Assembly: GCF_947497275.1 (NCBI RefSeq)
Contig: NZ_CANMFS010000007.1
Location: forward strand, 80,955 to 144,954
Reading direction: 5' to 3'
Length of the DNA stretch: 64,000 bases
DNA from: an uncultured Sulfitobacter sp.
GTDB lineage: Bacteria > Pseudomonadota > Alphaproteobacteria > Rhodobacterales > Rhodobacteraceae
In this document: in pieces, positions 1-13,932 of the stretch
How the letters are laid out: each line of letters opens with the position of its first letter
Numbering within the stretch: position 1 is the first letter of the stretch
Made by a program: the position numbers and the translations under genes
The notes under the pieces: generated by a model
What the model saw: the letters and a program-made list of their open reading frames with translations, nothing else
Told to the model about the DNA's origin: nothing
Databases searched by the model: none

Positions 1-348
<348 letters not shown>

Positions 349-355
349 CTAGCCC

Positions 356-373
356 CGTAAACCTGGCCTGACA
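356..373. promoter_or_regulatory. Possible PpsR/CrtJ operator (CGT-N12-ACA, one mismatch from TGT-N12-ACA) in the hemC/hemE divergent promoter
   Basis: Sequence cgtaaacctggcctgaca; hemC/hemE are known PpsR targets in Rhodobacter. Only one near-consensus site seen. Confidence 0.35.
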
Positions 374-440
374 ACTCTTGTATCGGCCCCTGCGGGCGGT
401 GCATGGTACGCCGACGCAATTTGCAACGAAGAGAAATCTC

Positions 441-1475
441 ATGACCGCCCAGAAAACCATTCTCCGCGCATTGGCCGGTGAAACACTGCCCACACCACCG
501 ATATGGATGATGCGTCAGGCGGGACGCTATCTGCCCGAATACCGCGCCACCCGCGCACAGGCGGGCGATTTTCTGAAACTGTGCTACAACCCCGATCTGG
601 CTGCCGAAGTCACCCTGCAACCGATCCGGCGCTACGGTTTCGATGCTGCGATCCTGTTCGCCGATATTCTGCTGGTGCCGCAGGCGCTTGGTGCGGATCT
701 ATGGTTCGTCACTGGCGAGGGCCCGCGCCTCTCCACCATCACCACCCGCGCCGAATTCGACAAGCTTCTGCCGCCCGACGCGATCCACGACCATCTGTCG
801 CCGATCTACGAGACGGTCAGGATCGTGTCGCGCGAATTGCCGTCCCAAACCACGCTCATCGGTTTCGCCGGTGCGCCCTGGACCGTCGCAACCTACATGA
901 TCGCCGGACGGGGCACCCCAGATCAGGGCCCCGCCCACGCGCTCAAATCCGAAAACCGCGCCGTGTTCGACGCGCTCATGGACCGGATCACCGAGGCCAC
1001 GATCCATTACATGTCCGCGCAAATCGACGCGGGCGCCGAAGTGGTCAAGATTTTCGACAGCTGGGCCGGTTCCCTTCAAGGCGATGATTTCACCGACTAC
1101 GCGATCAAACCGATGCAACGCATCACTGCCGCGCTCAAAGAAAAACATCCCGGCATCCCCGTCATCGCCTTCCCGCGCGGTGCGGGCGAAAGGTATCAGG
1201 GCGCACACAGGGCCATCGGCGCCGATTGCATCGCCGTTGACGATGGCGTTACCGCCGAATGGGCCGCCGCCCACGTCCAACCCGATGGCTGCGTTCAGGG
1301 CAATCTGAAATCCTCGCATATGGTCACCGGTGGTGATGCCCTGGTGTCCGAAACCCGCCGTATCGTAGATGCTTTCTCCAAAGGCCCGCATATTTTCAAT
1401 CTCGGCCACGGCATCACGCCGGACGCCGACCCCGAAAATGTGCAACTGATGATCGACACCGTCCGCACCGGCTGA
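441..1475 (+). CDS. hemE: Uroporphyrinogen decarboxylase
   Basis: [48 protein letters not shown] motifs; start set at ATG 441. Confidence 0.97.
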   Translation: MTAQKTILRALAGETLPTPPIWMMRQAGRYLPEYRATRAQAGDFLKLCYNPDLAAEVTLQPIRRYGFDAAILFADILLVPQALGADLWFVTGEGPRLSTITTRAEFDKLLPPDAIHDHLSPIYETVRIVSRELPSQTTLIGFAGAPWTVATYMIAGRGTPDQGPAHALKSENRAVFDALMDRITEATIHYMSAQIDAGAEVVKIFDSWAGSLQGDDFTDYAIKPMQRITAALKEKHPGIPVIAFPRGAGERYQGAHRAIGADCIAVDDGVTAEWAAAHVQPDGCVQGNLKSSHMVTGGDALVSETRRIVDAFSKGPHIFNLGHGITPDADPENVQLMIDTVRTG

Positions 1476-1483
1476 CCCGCCTA

Positions 1484-1552
1484 TTTCTTTTGGCCGAAAA
1501 TATCCCGGGGGAATCGCTGCCCGGCAGGGCAGCGATGGGGGCTGGCCCCCTG
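1484..1552. repeat. REP-like GC-rich palindromic intergenic element downstream of hemE
   Basis: Perfect 10-bp stem atcgctgccc/gggcagcgat (1513-1536) followed by gggggctggccccc and preceded by tttcttttggccgaaaatatcccggggg; resembles short repeats I recall from Rhodobacteraceae intergenic regions; single copy in this window. Confidence 0.45.
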
Positions 1553-1934
1553 CCCGCTTCAAATCAGACTGGCCTCGCAGAATGTAATAACGAGTGTCGG
1601 GAACGCGCGGCCCCGATCCCGCGGCGGCGGCCCTGTTTCGCCCGAAGATCGCGTAGATCGCATTGGATGGTACAGGTCGCAATGTCCGGCTGATCTGTAA
1701 CCACCTTCGCTTGTCGGTCGCGTGGGGCGTGTTCATCCTTATGCAGGTCATCGCGATAGGCACGGCTGCGGACAGAGGGTTCATCTGGCCGCATGACAAC
1801 GGTAAGGTATAGTTCAACCAAGAAGGTCGTGACAAAAAGGACAGTACCGGATTTCTGCGCAAGGAGGGCGGGGTTTCGGGCGCGCACAATCCAACGGGTT
1901 CGATGCGGTACTGCGTGAACGCCCGCAACGTGCC

Positions 1935-2456
1935 TTAGCCGAATATCAGCGCGCTGTGCTCGGCCATGTAGATGCGCAACCACGGCGTAAAGATCTGCGG
2001 CGTCTGCGCAATCTCCTCCCGCAATTGCGCAGGCGTGACCCATCGCGTGTCCATTACCTCGTCGGGATTGAGTTGCACATGCAGGTCCCTCTGTGCCTCC
2101 ACGACAAATACTTCGACCAGTTCGTGTTCGGTCATCCCGTCGCCGACGTCGGCACGGTATTCGACCTGACCGCGATGTTCTGCGGTAATGCCACGAATAC
2201 CCAGTTCTTCGTCCAGACGCCGCGTGGCGCAGATCATGTCCGGCTCATCCCACTCGGGATGGGTGCAGCAAGTATTCGCCCATAGGCCAGGCGTATGATA
2301 TTTGCACAGCGCACGTTGCTGGAGCAGCAGCGCACCGTCCGCCAGGACAAACACCGAAACGGCCTTGTGTCGCAATCCGCGCAGATGGGTATCAAGCTTT
2401 TCGACCGGTTGCAGGGTATCACCGACCCAGGCGGGTATCTTTGTTTCTGTCTTCAT
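1935..2456 (-). CDS. idi: Isopentenyl-diphosphate delta-isomerase, type 1 (Nudix fold)
   Basis: LRHKAVSVF, LLQQRA..KYHTPGLWANTCCTHP, EHELVEVF, FTPW motifs. Confidence 0.95.
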   Translation of the reverse strand: MKTETKIPAWVGDTLQPVEKLDTHLRGLRHKAVSVFVLADGALLLQQRALCKYHTPGLWANTCCTHPEWDEPDMICATRRLDEELGIRGITAEHRGQVEYRADVGDGMTEHELVEVFVVEAQRDLHVQLNPDEVMDTRWVTPAQLREEIAQTPQIFTPWLRIYMAEHSALIFG

Positions 2457-2857
2457 ATGTCCGTCACGCAGAGTAAGGTCCGTGTCTCCGAAACGAGTAC
2501 TGTCAAATGTGCCAAGTTCTTAACCCCGATTTACAAATCCGCCAAGGGCCGTGTGCTAATCAATTTTTTGTTCATTTGCACCCAATACGTCAACCTTTGA
2601 ACGTCAAGAGCGTAACACGGCACGCCGGGAGGGACCGCAGGCAATGACATGGTTGCCTGACGATAAGGAGCGGCAACGGGTTCGAACAGGCATGGAAAAA
2701 ATGGACCGTAACATGTTCAGATCAGTGCGGCGCGCTGTCGCCGCACCGCCGAAACCGAAACGACCGGGTGCGTCAATTTCGCTGTGGACATTGTTTCGAG
2801 GCGGGCTTTACCTTGTGCCGTCGCGCTCTAACTAAGGCGCAAGAAGAGGAGAATATT

Positions 2858-3331
2858 ATGAGACTATTCGCAGCAACAGCACTCGGCATGGCGCTCGCCG
2901 CCGCACCAGCCTTCGCAGACGAACACGCGAGCGGCGATGCGCAAGCAGGCGAAAAAGTGTTCAACAAGTGCAAGGCGTGCCACGTCATCACCGACGCCGA
3001 CGGCGAAACGATCGTCAAGGGCGGTCGCACCGGTCCGAATCTTTACGGAATCTACAACCGCACGGCCGGCTCTGTCGAAGACTTCCGCTATGGCGATTCG
3101 CTCGTTGAAGCTGGCGAGAACGGCCTTGAGTGGAACGAAGAAGAATTCGCAGGCTATGTCGCCGATCCCAAAGGTTTTCTGGCCGAATACAATGACGACA
3201 CGCGCGCACGCTCGAAAATGTCGTTCAAACTGCGTGACGATGAAGAAGCCAAGAACGTCTGGGCTTATCTTGTATCGGTCGGCCCCGAAGTCGAAATGGA
3301 TGAGGAAGAAGAAACCGGCAGCGACAGCTGA
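2858..3331 (+). CDS. cycA: Periplasmic cytochrome c2 (class I c-type) with signal peptide and acidic tail
   Basis: Signal peptide MRLFAATALGMALAAAPAFA; GDAQAGEKVFNKCKACH heme motif; TGPNLYG; KMSFKL Met ligand. Confidence 0.88.
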   Translation: MRLFAATALGMALAAAPAFADEHASGDAQAGEKVFNKCKACHVITDADGETIVKGGRTGPNLYGIYNRTAGSVEDFRYGDSLVEAGENGLEWNEEEFAGYVADPKGFLAEYNDDTRARSKMSFKLRDDEEAKNVWAYLVSVGPEVEMDEEEETGSDS

Positions 3332-3359
3332 TTTTCTTCGCATGTCGATGATCAACAAG

Positions 3360-3386
3360 GGCGGCACCCCGAGGGTGTCGCCTTTT
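3360..3386 (+). terminator. Rho-independent terminator after cycA
   Basis: Stem ggcggcaccc/gggtgtcgcc followed by tttt. Confidence 0.75.
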
Positions 3387-3504
3387 CTATTGAATCTGGC
3401 AGCGCCCAAGCCCCTGCCCTTTGCGGCTACCGGAGCCGCACTTCAAGTATCGCTTACATTTTCCCTCTTTGGCGAACCGACAGTGAAGCGGCTTTCCCGT
3501 GCCG

Positions 3505-4398
3505 TCACCCCGACGTTTTCCGCCCTTTTAACGCCTCGAAGCCGATAATTACATCCAAAAGCTCGGTCGTGATCTCATCCTGCCGCACCGTGCGCGTTTC
3601 CGACATCAACGCATCCAGCCGGTCATCCACGGATTGCTCGGCCTGTTGCATTAACGCAAGCCGCGCGGCGTTCTCGGTGACAAGGGCTTCGGCCGCAGCC
3701 CTGAACAGGCTTGCAAACAGATGTCCGCGGATCAGCGCCACAAACAAATCCCCCGATTCCATGGTATAATGCGGCAGGCTGCGCGAAACCCACGGTGTGC
3801 TTTGCAGCTCCTGCACCAACCCGGGGTCAAGCGGCAGTAACGGCGCGACGACGGGTGCCCGCATTCCGCCCTCGCTGCGCGCGAAATACGCCAGCGACAC
3901 GGCAACCTCGCGCGGAAGATGACGCGTGCGCAGATCATCGAGCCGCCGGGTCAGCAGATTGGCGAGCCGCCCGATGCCATCGACGGACGCCGGAGGAAAA
4001 AGTGCCTTTTCGACGTCGATCCCTTGATCAGCAAGGGCATCCGCCATCCGCGCGCCGATGCACAGGACAGTCTGCACGCGACCCGGCGCGCTGCCGATGG
4101 TGCGCGCAACATGGTGGGCCAGGGCTTCGTTGTAGTTGCCGCACAACCCGTGATCAGAACCGAAGACGACCATAACCCGCGCCGCCGCTGCACCGCGCGC
4201 GGCGTGCACCGGCCCCGTTTGCGAAAGAAATGCGTGCAGCCCCTCCAGAACTGTCGCGTGATACGCCTCGATGGCGCGGGCGGCGTGTTCATAGGGGGCG
4301 GCGTTAATGACTGACAGTGTTTTCATCGTGTGCACCACACTGCGGATGCCCGTCATGCTGGTCGTGCGCCGGGCCAGCGCCTCAAGGGTCTGGGTCAT
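3505..4398 (-). CDS. atpG: N-type ATPase F1 gamma subunit
   Basis: [51 protein letters not shown]; start MTQTLE at 4398. Confidence 0.92.
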   Translation of the reverse strand: MTQTLEALARRTTSMTGIRSVVHTMKTLSVINAAPYEHAARAIEAYHATVLEGLHAFLSQTGPVHAARGAAAARVMVVFGSDHGLCGNYNEALAHHVARTIGSAPGRVQTVLCIGARMADALADQGIDVEKALFPPASVDGIGRLANLLTRRLDDLRTRHLPREVAVSLAYFARSEGGMRAPVVAPLLPLDPGLVQELQSTPWVSRSLPHYTMESGDLFVALIRGHLFASLFRAAAEALVTENAARLALMQQAEQSVDDRLDALMSETRTVRQDEITTELLDVIIGFEALKGRKTSG

Positions 4399-5920
4399 GC
4401 GACTTTTCCAGATTTTCCAGCGCCAGCGCGCCAAGTGCCGCCATCCGCGCCCGCGCGGCATCGTCAAAGGGCACATTCTGCGCGATCTGCCCGGCGATAT
4501 CGTCAAGGTCGCGCGCGGCGGCCTGACGGACCGCATGCATCGCTGACTGCATGCGGGCCTCGTCCAGCCCGTCGAACTGTCCATCCATCGCCGCGATCAG
4601 AACGGCAAGCTGTTCGACCGCCGGGATCGGATCGCGTTCGGCCTGCCGCAGCGACAACCGCACCGCCGCGCCGCGTTTCAACCGCGCGCGCGTCGCATCG
4701 TCAAGCCGGGTGCCGAACCGCGCGAAATCCTCCAGCTCTTCGAACTGCGAAAGGGTCACGCGCAGGTTTCCCGCCACCGACCGGAACGCGCGGCTTTGCG
4801 CCTTGCCCCCCACCCGGCTGACCGACACTCCTAGATCCACCGCCGGAAACTGGTTCTTGCGGACCAGACGCGGCGACAGATAGATCTGTCCGTCGGTGAT
4901 CGAAATGAGGTTGGTCGGGATATAGGCCGACAGGTTTTCCGCCTGCGTCTCGACGACCGGCAGGACGGTGATGGACCCGCCGCCGATCGACGGGGCGAAC
5001 TGGCCCGCACGTTCAAGAAGCCGTGCGTGAATGTAGAAGATATCGCCTGGAAACGCCTCGCGCCCCGGCGGTCGGCGCAGCAGCAGCGACAGTTCCCGAT
5101 ACGACCGGGCGTGGTGCGTCATATCGTCCAGCACCACCAGAACATCGCGGCCCTGCGCTGCAAACTGCTCGGCCATCGTCATCGCGGCGTAGGGCGCAAT
5201 ATAGGCAAGCCCCGCCGCCCCCTCGTCGCCCGCCGCCACGATCACCGTGCGCCCCATCATCCCACCGTCGCGCACCGCGCCAATGACCTTGGCCACCGCA
5301 TCGCCGCGCTGCCCTATGGCGCAGTAGATACAGATGACATCGGTGTCCTTCTGGTTCAGGATCGCATCCACCGCGACCGAGGTCTTGCCGGTCTGCCGGT
5401 CCCCGATCACCAGTTGCCGCTGTCCCAACCCGATGGGGACCGCCGCATCTATCGCCTTGATCCCCGTCGCCAGCGGGCGGGTGATGGCCTTGCGGTCAAG
5501 GATATCGGGCGCTTGCGCCTCTACGGGGTGCCGCGCATCCGCCTTGATCGGCCCGCCGTCGTCCTGCGGATGTCCCAGGGCATCCACCACCCGGCCCAGC
5601 AACCCTGCGCCGACCTGCGTACTCACCACCCTGTGCGTCCGCATCACCCGTTCCCCCACGACGATATCCGCCGACGGCCCCAGCAGCACGACGCCCAGCC
5701 GCCCCGGTTCCAGATCCAACACGATGCCCTGCACGCCACAGGCAAACTGCAAAAGCTCATCCGAAAGCGCGCGCGCCAATCCCGTCACGACGGCAATCCC
5801 GTCGGCCACCTCGGCCACCTGCCCGACCTCGCTGATGCGGGGCGGCGGTGCGGGACTGTCCAGCAGCGCCCGGACAAGCGTCTCGGGATGCGGCCGCAGT
5901 ATCCTGATATCATTGTCCAT
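4382..5920 (-). CDS. atpA: N-type ATPase F1 alpha subunit
   Basis: GDRQTGKT Walker [32 protein letters not shown]; start set at MDNDIR (5920). Confidence 0.95.
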   Translation of the reverse strand: MDNDIRILRPHPETLVRALLDSPAPPPRISEVGQVAEVADGIAVVTGLARALSDELLQFACGVQGIVLDLEPGRLGVVLLGPSADIVVGERVMRTHRVVSTQVGAGLLGRVVDALGHPQDDGGPIKADARHPVEAQAPDILDRKAITRPLATGIKAIDAAVPIGLGQRQLVIGDRQTGKTSVAVDAILNQKDTDVICIYCAIGQRGDAVAKVIGAVRDGGMMGRTVIVAAGDEGAAGLAYIAPYAAMTMAEQFAAQGRDVLVVLDDMTHHARSYRELSLLLRRPPGREAFPGDIFYIHARLLERAGQFAPSIGGGSITVLPVVETQAENLSAYIPTNLISITDGQIYLSPRLVRKNQFPAVDLGVSVSRVGGKAQSRAFRSVAGNLRVTLSQFEELEDFARFGTRLDDATRARLKRGAAVRLSLRQAERDPIPAVEQLAVLIAAMDGQFDGLDEARMQSAMHAVRQAAARDLDDIAGQIAQNVPFDDAARARMAALGALALENLEKSHDPDP

Positions 5921-6680
5921 GCGAAGCAGGTTCCAGATCGCCACCACCGGCCAGCCGCGCGGTGATCGACGCGTCCAGCCCGTCGACGTAGGACTCGACC
6001 GTCCAGGCCAGCTGCGCCCCGCCCATGCGCATCACCAGACCGGGCGACTGATCCGCATCCGTTTCAAATTCGACGGTCACACCGGTAAACGCCGCCGCGA
6101 TTGCGCTACGCAGCGTTTCGCGCACATCCGAACCAAGCGGCGCGCGGCTTGAAATCACGGCCTCCGTCGCCTGTCCCGCAGCGGTGCGCAAATCAGCCGC
6201 CACTGTCTCGATCCTTGCGATCAGGTGCCGTGCCACCCGTTCCTCGAACGTGTCGTCCGCCAGATCCGTCAGCGCCTTGCGCGTGAGCGACAACAGCGCA
6301 TCGGCCCCGATGTCCTGCAATCTCGCAGCATATTTTTTCGCTTCCGCCGCCAGCTGCGCCTGCCAGCCGGCCTGCTCCTGCTCCATCGCCGCGCGGGCGT
6401 CCGCCAGCAGGGTGTCGCGCTGTTCCTCGGCCTTACGGCGCACCGTCTCCATCATATCCGCCTGCGCCACGTTCAGCGCCCGCAACTTTTCCTCATAGGC
6501 CTCTTCGCGCGCCTTCGCCGCTTCCTTCACCGTCTCCGCCTCGCGCATGCGGGCGGTGATTTCCGCCTCGCGGGCGTCGATCCCGTCAAGAATGGGCCGG
6601 TACAGGAACCGCTTGAGCAGCCACACGAGCACCAGAAAATTGGCGATCTGTGCCGCGACAGTGATCCAGTCGATGGACAC
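5910..6680 (-). CDS. atpF: N-type ATPase F0 b subunit (long form with C-terminal delta-like extension)
   Basis: [32 protein letters not shown]-terminal TM, coiled coil, 256 aa; no separate atpH in the operon. Confidence 0.9.
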   Translation of the reverse strand: MSIDWITVAAQIANFLVLVWLLKRFLYRPILDGIDAREAEITARMREAETVKEAAKAREEAYEEKLRALNVAQADMMETVRRKAEEQRDTLLADARAAMEQEQAGWQAQLAAEAKKYAARLQDIGADALLSLTRKALTDLADDTFEERVARHLIARIETVAADLRTAAGQATEAVISSRAPLGSDVRETLRSAIAAAFTGVTVEFETDADQSPGLVMRMGGAQLAWTVESYVDGLDASITARLAGGGDLEPASHGQ

Positions 6681-6683
6681 GGG

Positions 6684-6971
6684 TCAGTTCCCTGCGCCCT
6701 GCGCCGCTTCCAGCGCGGCAATCCAGAACGGATTGGCAAAGATCAGGATCATCGCAACGACAAAGCAATAGATCGCCGTGGATTCGATCATTGCAAGGCT
6801 CACGAACAGGGTGCGCGAAATGGTCGGTGCCGCATCGGGCTGCTGCGCGATGGAGTTCAACGCAGTCGATGCCGCGCGCCCCTCGCCAAGCGCGGGACCG
6901 ATGGCGCCGATGGAAACGGTCAGCCCGGCGGTAAAGATCGAGATGCCGGCGATAAGTCCAAGGTCTGTCAT
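6684..6971 (-). CDS. atpE: N-type ATPase F0 c subunit
   Basis: GxGxGxG-like GAIGPALGEG, AQQPDA loop, AMIESTAIY ion-binding motif. Confidence 0.95.
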   Translation of the reverse strand: MTDLGLIAGISIFTAGLTVSIGAIGPALGEGRAASTALNSIAQQPDAAPTISRTLFVSLAMIESTAIYCFVVAMILIFANPFWIAALEAAQGAGN

Positions 6972-7663
6972 GGATTGTCCTTTTCGGAATGGGAAGGGGG
7001 CGGCGGTGCGGTCGCGCTGGAAATATAGACCGTCGCGAGGATCGCGAAGATATAGGCCTGGATCATGCCGGTCAGCAGGCCCAACACGTCCATCACCACC
7101 GGAAAGAAGAACGGCGCGACGCTAAGCAGGATCGCGGCGATCACCGCCCCGCTCATGATGTTGCCGTAAAGGCGGATGGCCAGAGAGACGCCGCGCGAAA
7201 ACTCCGAGATGATGTTGAACGGAAGCATGACGACCGACGGCTGCACATAGGTCTTGAGGTATCCGCCGATGCCCCGGTTCGACACGCCGAACATCGGCAC
7301 AGCGATCAGAACCGACAGCGCCAGCGCCGTGGTGGTCGACAGCGACGATGTCGGCGGCTCGAACCCCGGCACGACCAGCAGCAGGTTCGACACGGCAACG
7401 AACAGAAATAGCGTCCCCGCGAAATACAGCAGATGGCGCGACGGCCCGGGTGCGATCTCTGCGATCTGGCTCTGGATGCCCTGCACGATCACCTCCAGCG
7501 TCGTGCGCCAGCGGTTGGGCGGCACATCCGGGCGCAGCCTGCGCGTGATCAGCATTGAAGCCACCGTCAGCAACGCCATCACGATCCAGGTATAGAAAAC
7601 CGTCGCGTTGATCGCGACGCCCGCAAGCTCGAACATGATGATTTGATCGGGGGTGAGGGTCAT
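6968..7663 (-). CDS. atpB: N-type ATPase F0 a subunit
   Basis: Hydrophobic protein; SLAIRLYGNIMSG containing the conserved Arg; GMIQAYIFAILATVYI. Confidence 0.93.
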   Translation of the reverse strand: MTLTPDQIIMFELAGVAINATVFYTWIVMALLTVASMLITRRLRPDVPPNRWRTTLEVIVQGIQSQIAEIAPGPSRHLLYFAGTLFLFVAVSNLLLVVPGFEPPTSSLSTTTALALSVLIAVPMFGVSNRGIGGYLKTYVQPSVVMLPFNIISEFSRGVSLAIRLYGNIMSGAVIAAILLSVAPFFFPVVMDVLGLLTGMIQAYIFAILATVYISSATAPPPPSHSEKDNP

Positions 7664-7947
7664 GGAGCGTCACCGGCACGGACCAATGTGATCGCGCCCA
7701 TTCGCACCACGAGAAACGCAAGCGCAAAGCCCGCGAACGCCCAGACGCCGCCCTGCTGCACCACGCCCCACCCCGCTGCGAGCAATACCGCAATGCGCAA
7801 CGCGGCGCTTAGCGCCAGAAAACCGACCGGCGTGCGCGTGCGCAGGGCGAGCCGCATGCCAACCTTCAGCCCGGCAAAGAACAGGACGCTGAGCACGGCA
7901 CCAATCGCCAGACCGCCCGCAACCGCCGCCCAGTCAACCTCTGTCAT
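7660..7947 (-). CDS. atpR: N-ATPase AtpR-like small membrane subunit
   Basis: 95 aa hydrophobic, FFAGL..G, SAALR motifs; position between atpQ and atpB is diagnostic of N-ATPase operons. Confidence 0.75.
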   Translation of the reverse strand: MTEVDWAAVAGGLAIGAVLSVLFFAGLKVGMRLALRTRTPVGFLALSAALRIAVLLAAGWGVVQQGGVWAFAGFALAFLVVRMGAITLVRAGDAP

Positions 7948-8227
7948 TTGTCACCTCCTTCTCTGCCGACCCATGCCGCTGCAATGAAAGCGCCCAGAAC
8001 GACGCCCCCGAGGATCAGCGCGATTGTCCATGAAAACCCCTGCGGTGCCACCCGGTCCAGCCAAAGACCCAGAAACGCGCCGCCCACCGTGGGCACCGCG
8101 ATGGACCAACCGATCATCCCGAAAGTGCCGATGCCGCGCAGCGGACTTGGTCCCGGATCATCGCGGCGCGCCTTCATGCGGCGGGCCTGCCGCGCGATTT
8201 CTTCGGTGGATCTGTCGGGTTTCGGTG

Positions 8228-8231
<4 letters not shown>
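7944..8231 (-). CDS. atpQ: N-ATPase AtpQ (ATPase gene 1/AtpZ family)
   Basis: GMIGWSIAVPTVGGAFLGLWLDR motif; two TM helices; operon position. Confidence 0.8.
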
Positions 8232-10949
<2,718 letters not shown>

Positions 10950-11008
10950 ATCAGACCTCCCCTTTCACGGCATCTGTCAGACCACTACTGTGAAACATGC
11001 ATCTGCCC

Positions 11009-12253
11009 TCAGACCGGGTCGCGCATGGTGGGACAGCTCATGCAATGACCGCCGCCGCGTCCCCGGCCCAACTCGGCCCCGGGAATCGCCAGCACCTCGA
11101 TGCCTGCCGCCTTCAGCGCGGCGTTGGTGTCATCGTTGCGGTCGTAGCCGATCACCAAACCGGGCCGCAGGGCGAGCACGTTGTTGCCGTCGTTCCATTG
11201 CTCGCGCGCGCGCTCTTCGGCGGTCTCACCACCCGTGGGCACAATCTGGAGGGACTTGTATCCCAGCACTTCCGCCACGATGTCGAAGATCGGGCGCGGA
11301 TCGTGTCGGTATTGCAAAGGCTCCGCGCCCTCGCCGGGGCGAATGTCGTAGCACACCAGCGCGTCCGCGACCTCCTTGAAGGTCGTCACAACGTCTCCGC
11401 CGCACAGCGTGAACACCGTGTCCAGATGCATCGCCGCGCGCGATTTCGGCATCGCAAATGCCAGAACCCGCTGCGCCGCACCGGTATCGAACAGCGCCTC
11501 GGCCAATTGCCCGACGCCCTGCGGCGAAGACCGCTCGCCCATGCCGACCAGCACCGTACCGTCACCCACAGGCATGATATCGCCCCCCTCGACCGTCGCC
11601 AGACCGTGGTCGGTTGTGGGATCACCCCAGTGCACCGTCGTCTTCCCAGCGAATTTCGGATGAAACCTGTAGATCGCTGCGTTCAAGAGCGTCTCCGGCC
11701 TGCGGGCGGGCCAGTACATCGGATTGACGGACACGCCGCCAAAGATCCACGCCGAATTGTCGCGGGTGAACAGGGCGTTCGGCAGCGGCGGCAGGATAAA
11801 CCCATGCGCGCCCAGATAGCTGCCGAACAGCCCCGAAGGCACGAACGGCAGATCATCCACTGCCAGCCCGCCCAGCAGAAATTCCGCCAGCTGCGCACCG
11901 GGTAACACATCCAGCCACGCGCGCAACTCCGCGCCCATCCCGACACCGATCTGGTCCGGTCCCAACCTGTGATCAAGGATCCACGCGCGCCCTTCGGGAA
12001 TGTCCACCGTCTCGGCCAACAGCGTATTGACGTCCAGAACCTCGACGCCCTCGCCGCGCATCGCGGCCACGAAAGCCGCGTGATCCTTCTGTGCCTGCTT
12101 GACCCAGAACACATCGTCGAACAACAGCGACTGGCAGTTGGCCGGGGTCAGCCGCCTGTGCGCCAGACCGGGCCGGCACACGATGACCTGCCGCAACCTG
12201 CCGGTTTCTGAATGGACCCCCAATGTGCCGGACGCGGCTGTATCTGACGGCAT
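11009..12253 (-). CDS. arcA: Arginine deiminase
   Basis: [45 protein letters not shown] containing the catalytic Cys; RBS aggag. Confidence 0.96.
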   Translation of the reverse strand: MPSDTAASGTLGVHSETGRLRQVIVCRPGLAHRRLTPANCQSLLFDDVFWVKQAQKDHAAFVAAMRGEGVEVLDVNTLLAETVDIPEGRAWILDHRLGPDQIGVGMGAELRAWLDVLPGAQLAEFLLGGLAVDDLPFVPSGLFGSYLGAHGFILPPLPNALFTRDNSAWIFGGVSVNPMYWPARRPETLLNAAIYRFHPKFAGKTTVHWGDPTTDHGLATVEGGDIMPVGDGTVLVGMGERSSPQGVGQLAEALFDTGAAQRVLAFAMPKSRAAMHLDTVFTLCGGDVVTTFKEVADALVCYDIRPGEGAEPLQYRHDPRPIFDIVAEVLGYKSLQIVPTGGETAEERAREQWNDGNNVLALRPGLVIGYDRNDDTNAALKAAGIEVLAIPGAELGRGRGGGHCMSCPTMRDPV

Positions 12254-12346
12254 CTGACTGTCTCCTGCTGATCAAGTTGCGTCCGCGTGCCCACCCTTGG
12301 GGCGCGTGGCCTGCGCACTGAATGACACCGCGCCGCAGCGCCCGCA

Positions 12347-12360
12347 TTGACGTAGGTCAA
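12347..12360. promoter_or_regulatory. FNR/FnrL/FixK-type binding site TTGAC-N4-GTCAA in the arcA / MaoC-pta divergent region
   Basis: ttgacgtaggtcaa, a symmetric match to TTGA-N6-TCAA. Confidence 0.75.
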
Positions 12361-12534
12361 TCACCGGCCACCGTTGGCCGCTAGTCAGGCGAAAACCTGA
12401 TCGCAGGGGTGCCCGCGTGCTCCGGTCAGGCGGCTGTGCGCCGCGCGATTGATCTGATAGAAACACCGGGTGCGCATCGCGCGCTTCGACACACGCAGGA
12501 CTCCGCAAGACCCCGAACCCAAAGGCAGACACAG

Positions 12535-13932
12535 ATGCAATTCATCGAAAACAGAACCTACGAAGAAATCGAGATCGGCGAGACGGCAGAGCTGACGCGC
12601 ACACTGAAGCCCGAAGATATCGAGATGTTCGCGGTCATGTCGGGCGATGTGAACCCCGCGCACGTCGATTCCGCCTATGCCCGTTCGGACATGTTCCACA
12701 AGGTCATCGCCCACGGCATGTGGGGCGGTGCCTTGATATCTGCCGTGCTGGGCACCGAACTTCCCGGTCCGGGTACCATCTACCTCAATCAGAACCTGAA
12801 CTTTCGCCACCCCGTCGGACTGAACGACACCGTGACGATCCGTGTCACCGTGACAGCAAAGGACGATGCGCAGCATCATGTCGCGCTCGACTGCCTGTGC
12901 CTGAACCAGACCGGCGAGACGGTGATCGAAGGGCAGGCAACCGTTATCGCACCGACGGTCAAGGTACGCCGCCCCCGCGTGGCCCTTCCCGAAGTGCACC
13001 TGCACGAACGGGGCGCACGGTTCAACGAGCTGATCGATGCGACGGCGGCGCTTGATCCGGTGCGCACGGCGGTCGTGCACCCCTGCGATGCCCTCTCGCT
13101 CGAAGGTGCATTGGAAGCGGGCGCGCGCGGGCTGATCGTGCCGGTCCTGATCGGACCAAGGGCCAGGATCGACGCCGTCGCCACCGAGATCGGGCGCGAC
13201 CTGTCGGGCGTTGAGGTCGTCGATGTGCCCCACAGCCATGCCGCCGCCGAACGTGCGGTCGCACTTGGCCGCGCCGGTGACGTCCACATGTTGATGAAAG
13301 GCAAGATTCATACCGACGAGTTGCTCAACCCGGTCGTAAACCGCGACACCGGTCTGCGCACCGAACGCCGGATGAGCCATGTCTTCGTGCTGGACGTGCC
13401 GAACTATCCCAAACCGCTGCTGATCAGCGACGCCGCGATCAACATCTTTCCCGACCTGCCGACCAAACGCGATATCGTGCAGAACGCGATCGAGCTCGCC
13501 CACGCGCTCGGCATCACTATACCCAAGGTCGCGATCCTGTCGGCGGTCGAAACGGTCACGCCCGACATCCCCTCGACAATCGACGCCGCCGCCCTGTGCA
13601 AGATGGCGATGCGCGGCCAGATCACCGGCGGCGTTCTCGACGGGCCGCTGGCCATCGACAACGCCGTGTCCATGGCGGCGGCGCAAACCAAGGGGATCGA
13701 ATCGCAGGTGGCGGGCCAGGCCGATATCCTGATCGTACCCGATCTGGATGCCGGCAACATGGTGGCCAAACAACTGATTTATCTGGCCGGGGCCGATGCG
13801 GCAGGCCTGGTTCTGGGCGCGCGTATTCCGATCGTGCTGACCAGCAGGGCCGACGGCGTCATGTCACGCCTCGCATCTGCGGCGATGGCACAGCTCTATG
13901 TCCACCACCACACCGGCGGACATCGGACATGA
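12535..13932 (+). CDS. Bifunctional MaoC-like (R)-enoyl-CoA hydratase / phosphate acetyl(butyryl)transferase
   Basis: N-terminal FAVMSGDVNPAH..IAHGMWGG hotdog motif; C-terminal LMKGKIHT, DAAINIFP, LDGPLAIDNA, LVLGARIPIVLTSRAD. Confidence 0.9.
   Translation: MQFIENRTYEEIEIGETAELTRTLKPEDIEMFAVMSGDVNPAHVDSAYARSDMFHKVIAHGMWGGALISAVLGTELPGPGTIYLNQNLNFRHPVGLNDTVTIRVTVTAKDDAQHHVALDCLCLNQTGETVIEGQATVIAPTVKVRRPRVALPEVHLHERGARFNELIDATAALDPVRTAVVHPCDALSLEGALEAGARGLIVPVLIGPRARIDAVATEIGRDLSGVEVVDVPHSHAAAERAVALGRAGDVHMLMKGKIHTDELLNPVVNRDTGLRTERRMSHVFVLDVPNYPKPLLISDAAINIFPDLPTKRDIVQNAIELAHALGITIPKVAILSAVETVTPDIPSTIDAAALCKMAMRGQITGGVLDGPLAIDNAVSMAAAQTKGIESQVAGQADILIVPDLDAGNMVAKQLIYLAGADAAGLVLGARIPIVLTSRADGVMSRLASAAMAQLYVHHHTGGHRT

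Noticed and set aside
2457-2857. PpsR or FNR sites in the idi/cycA divergent region
   Set aside because: Only partial matches (TCT-N12-ACA at 2518-2535; an isolated ATCAA half-site); too weak to call.
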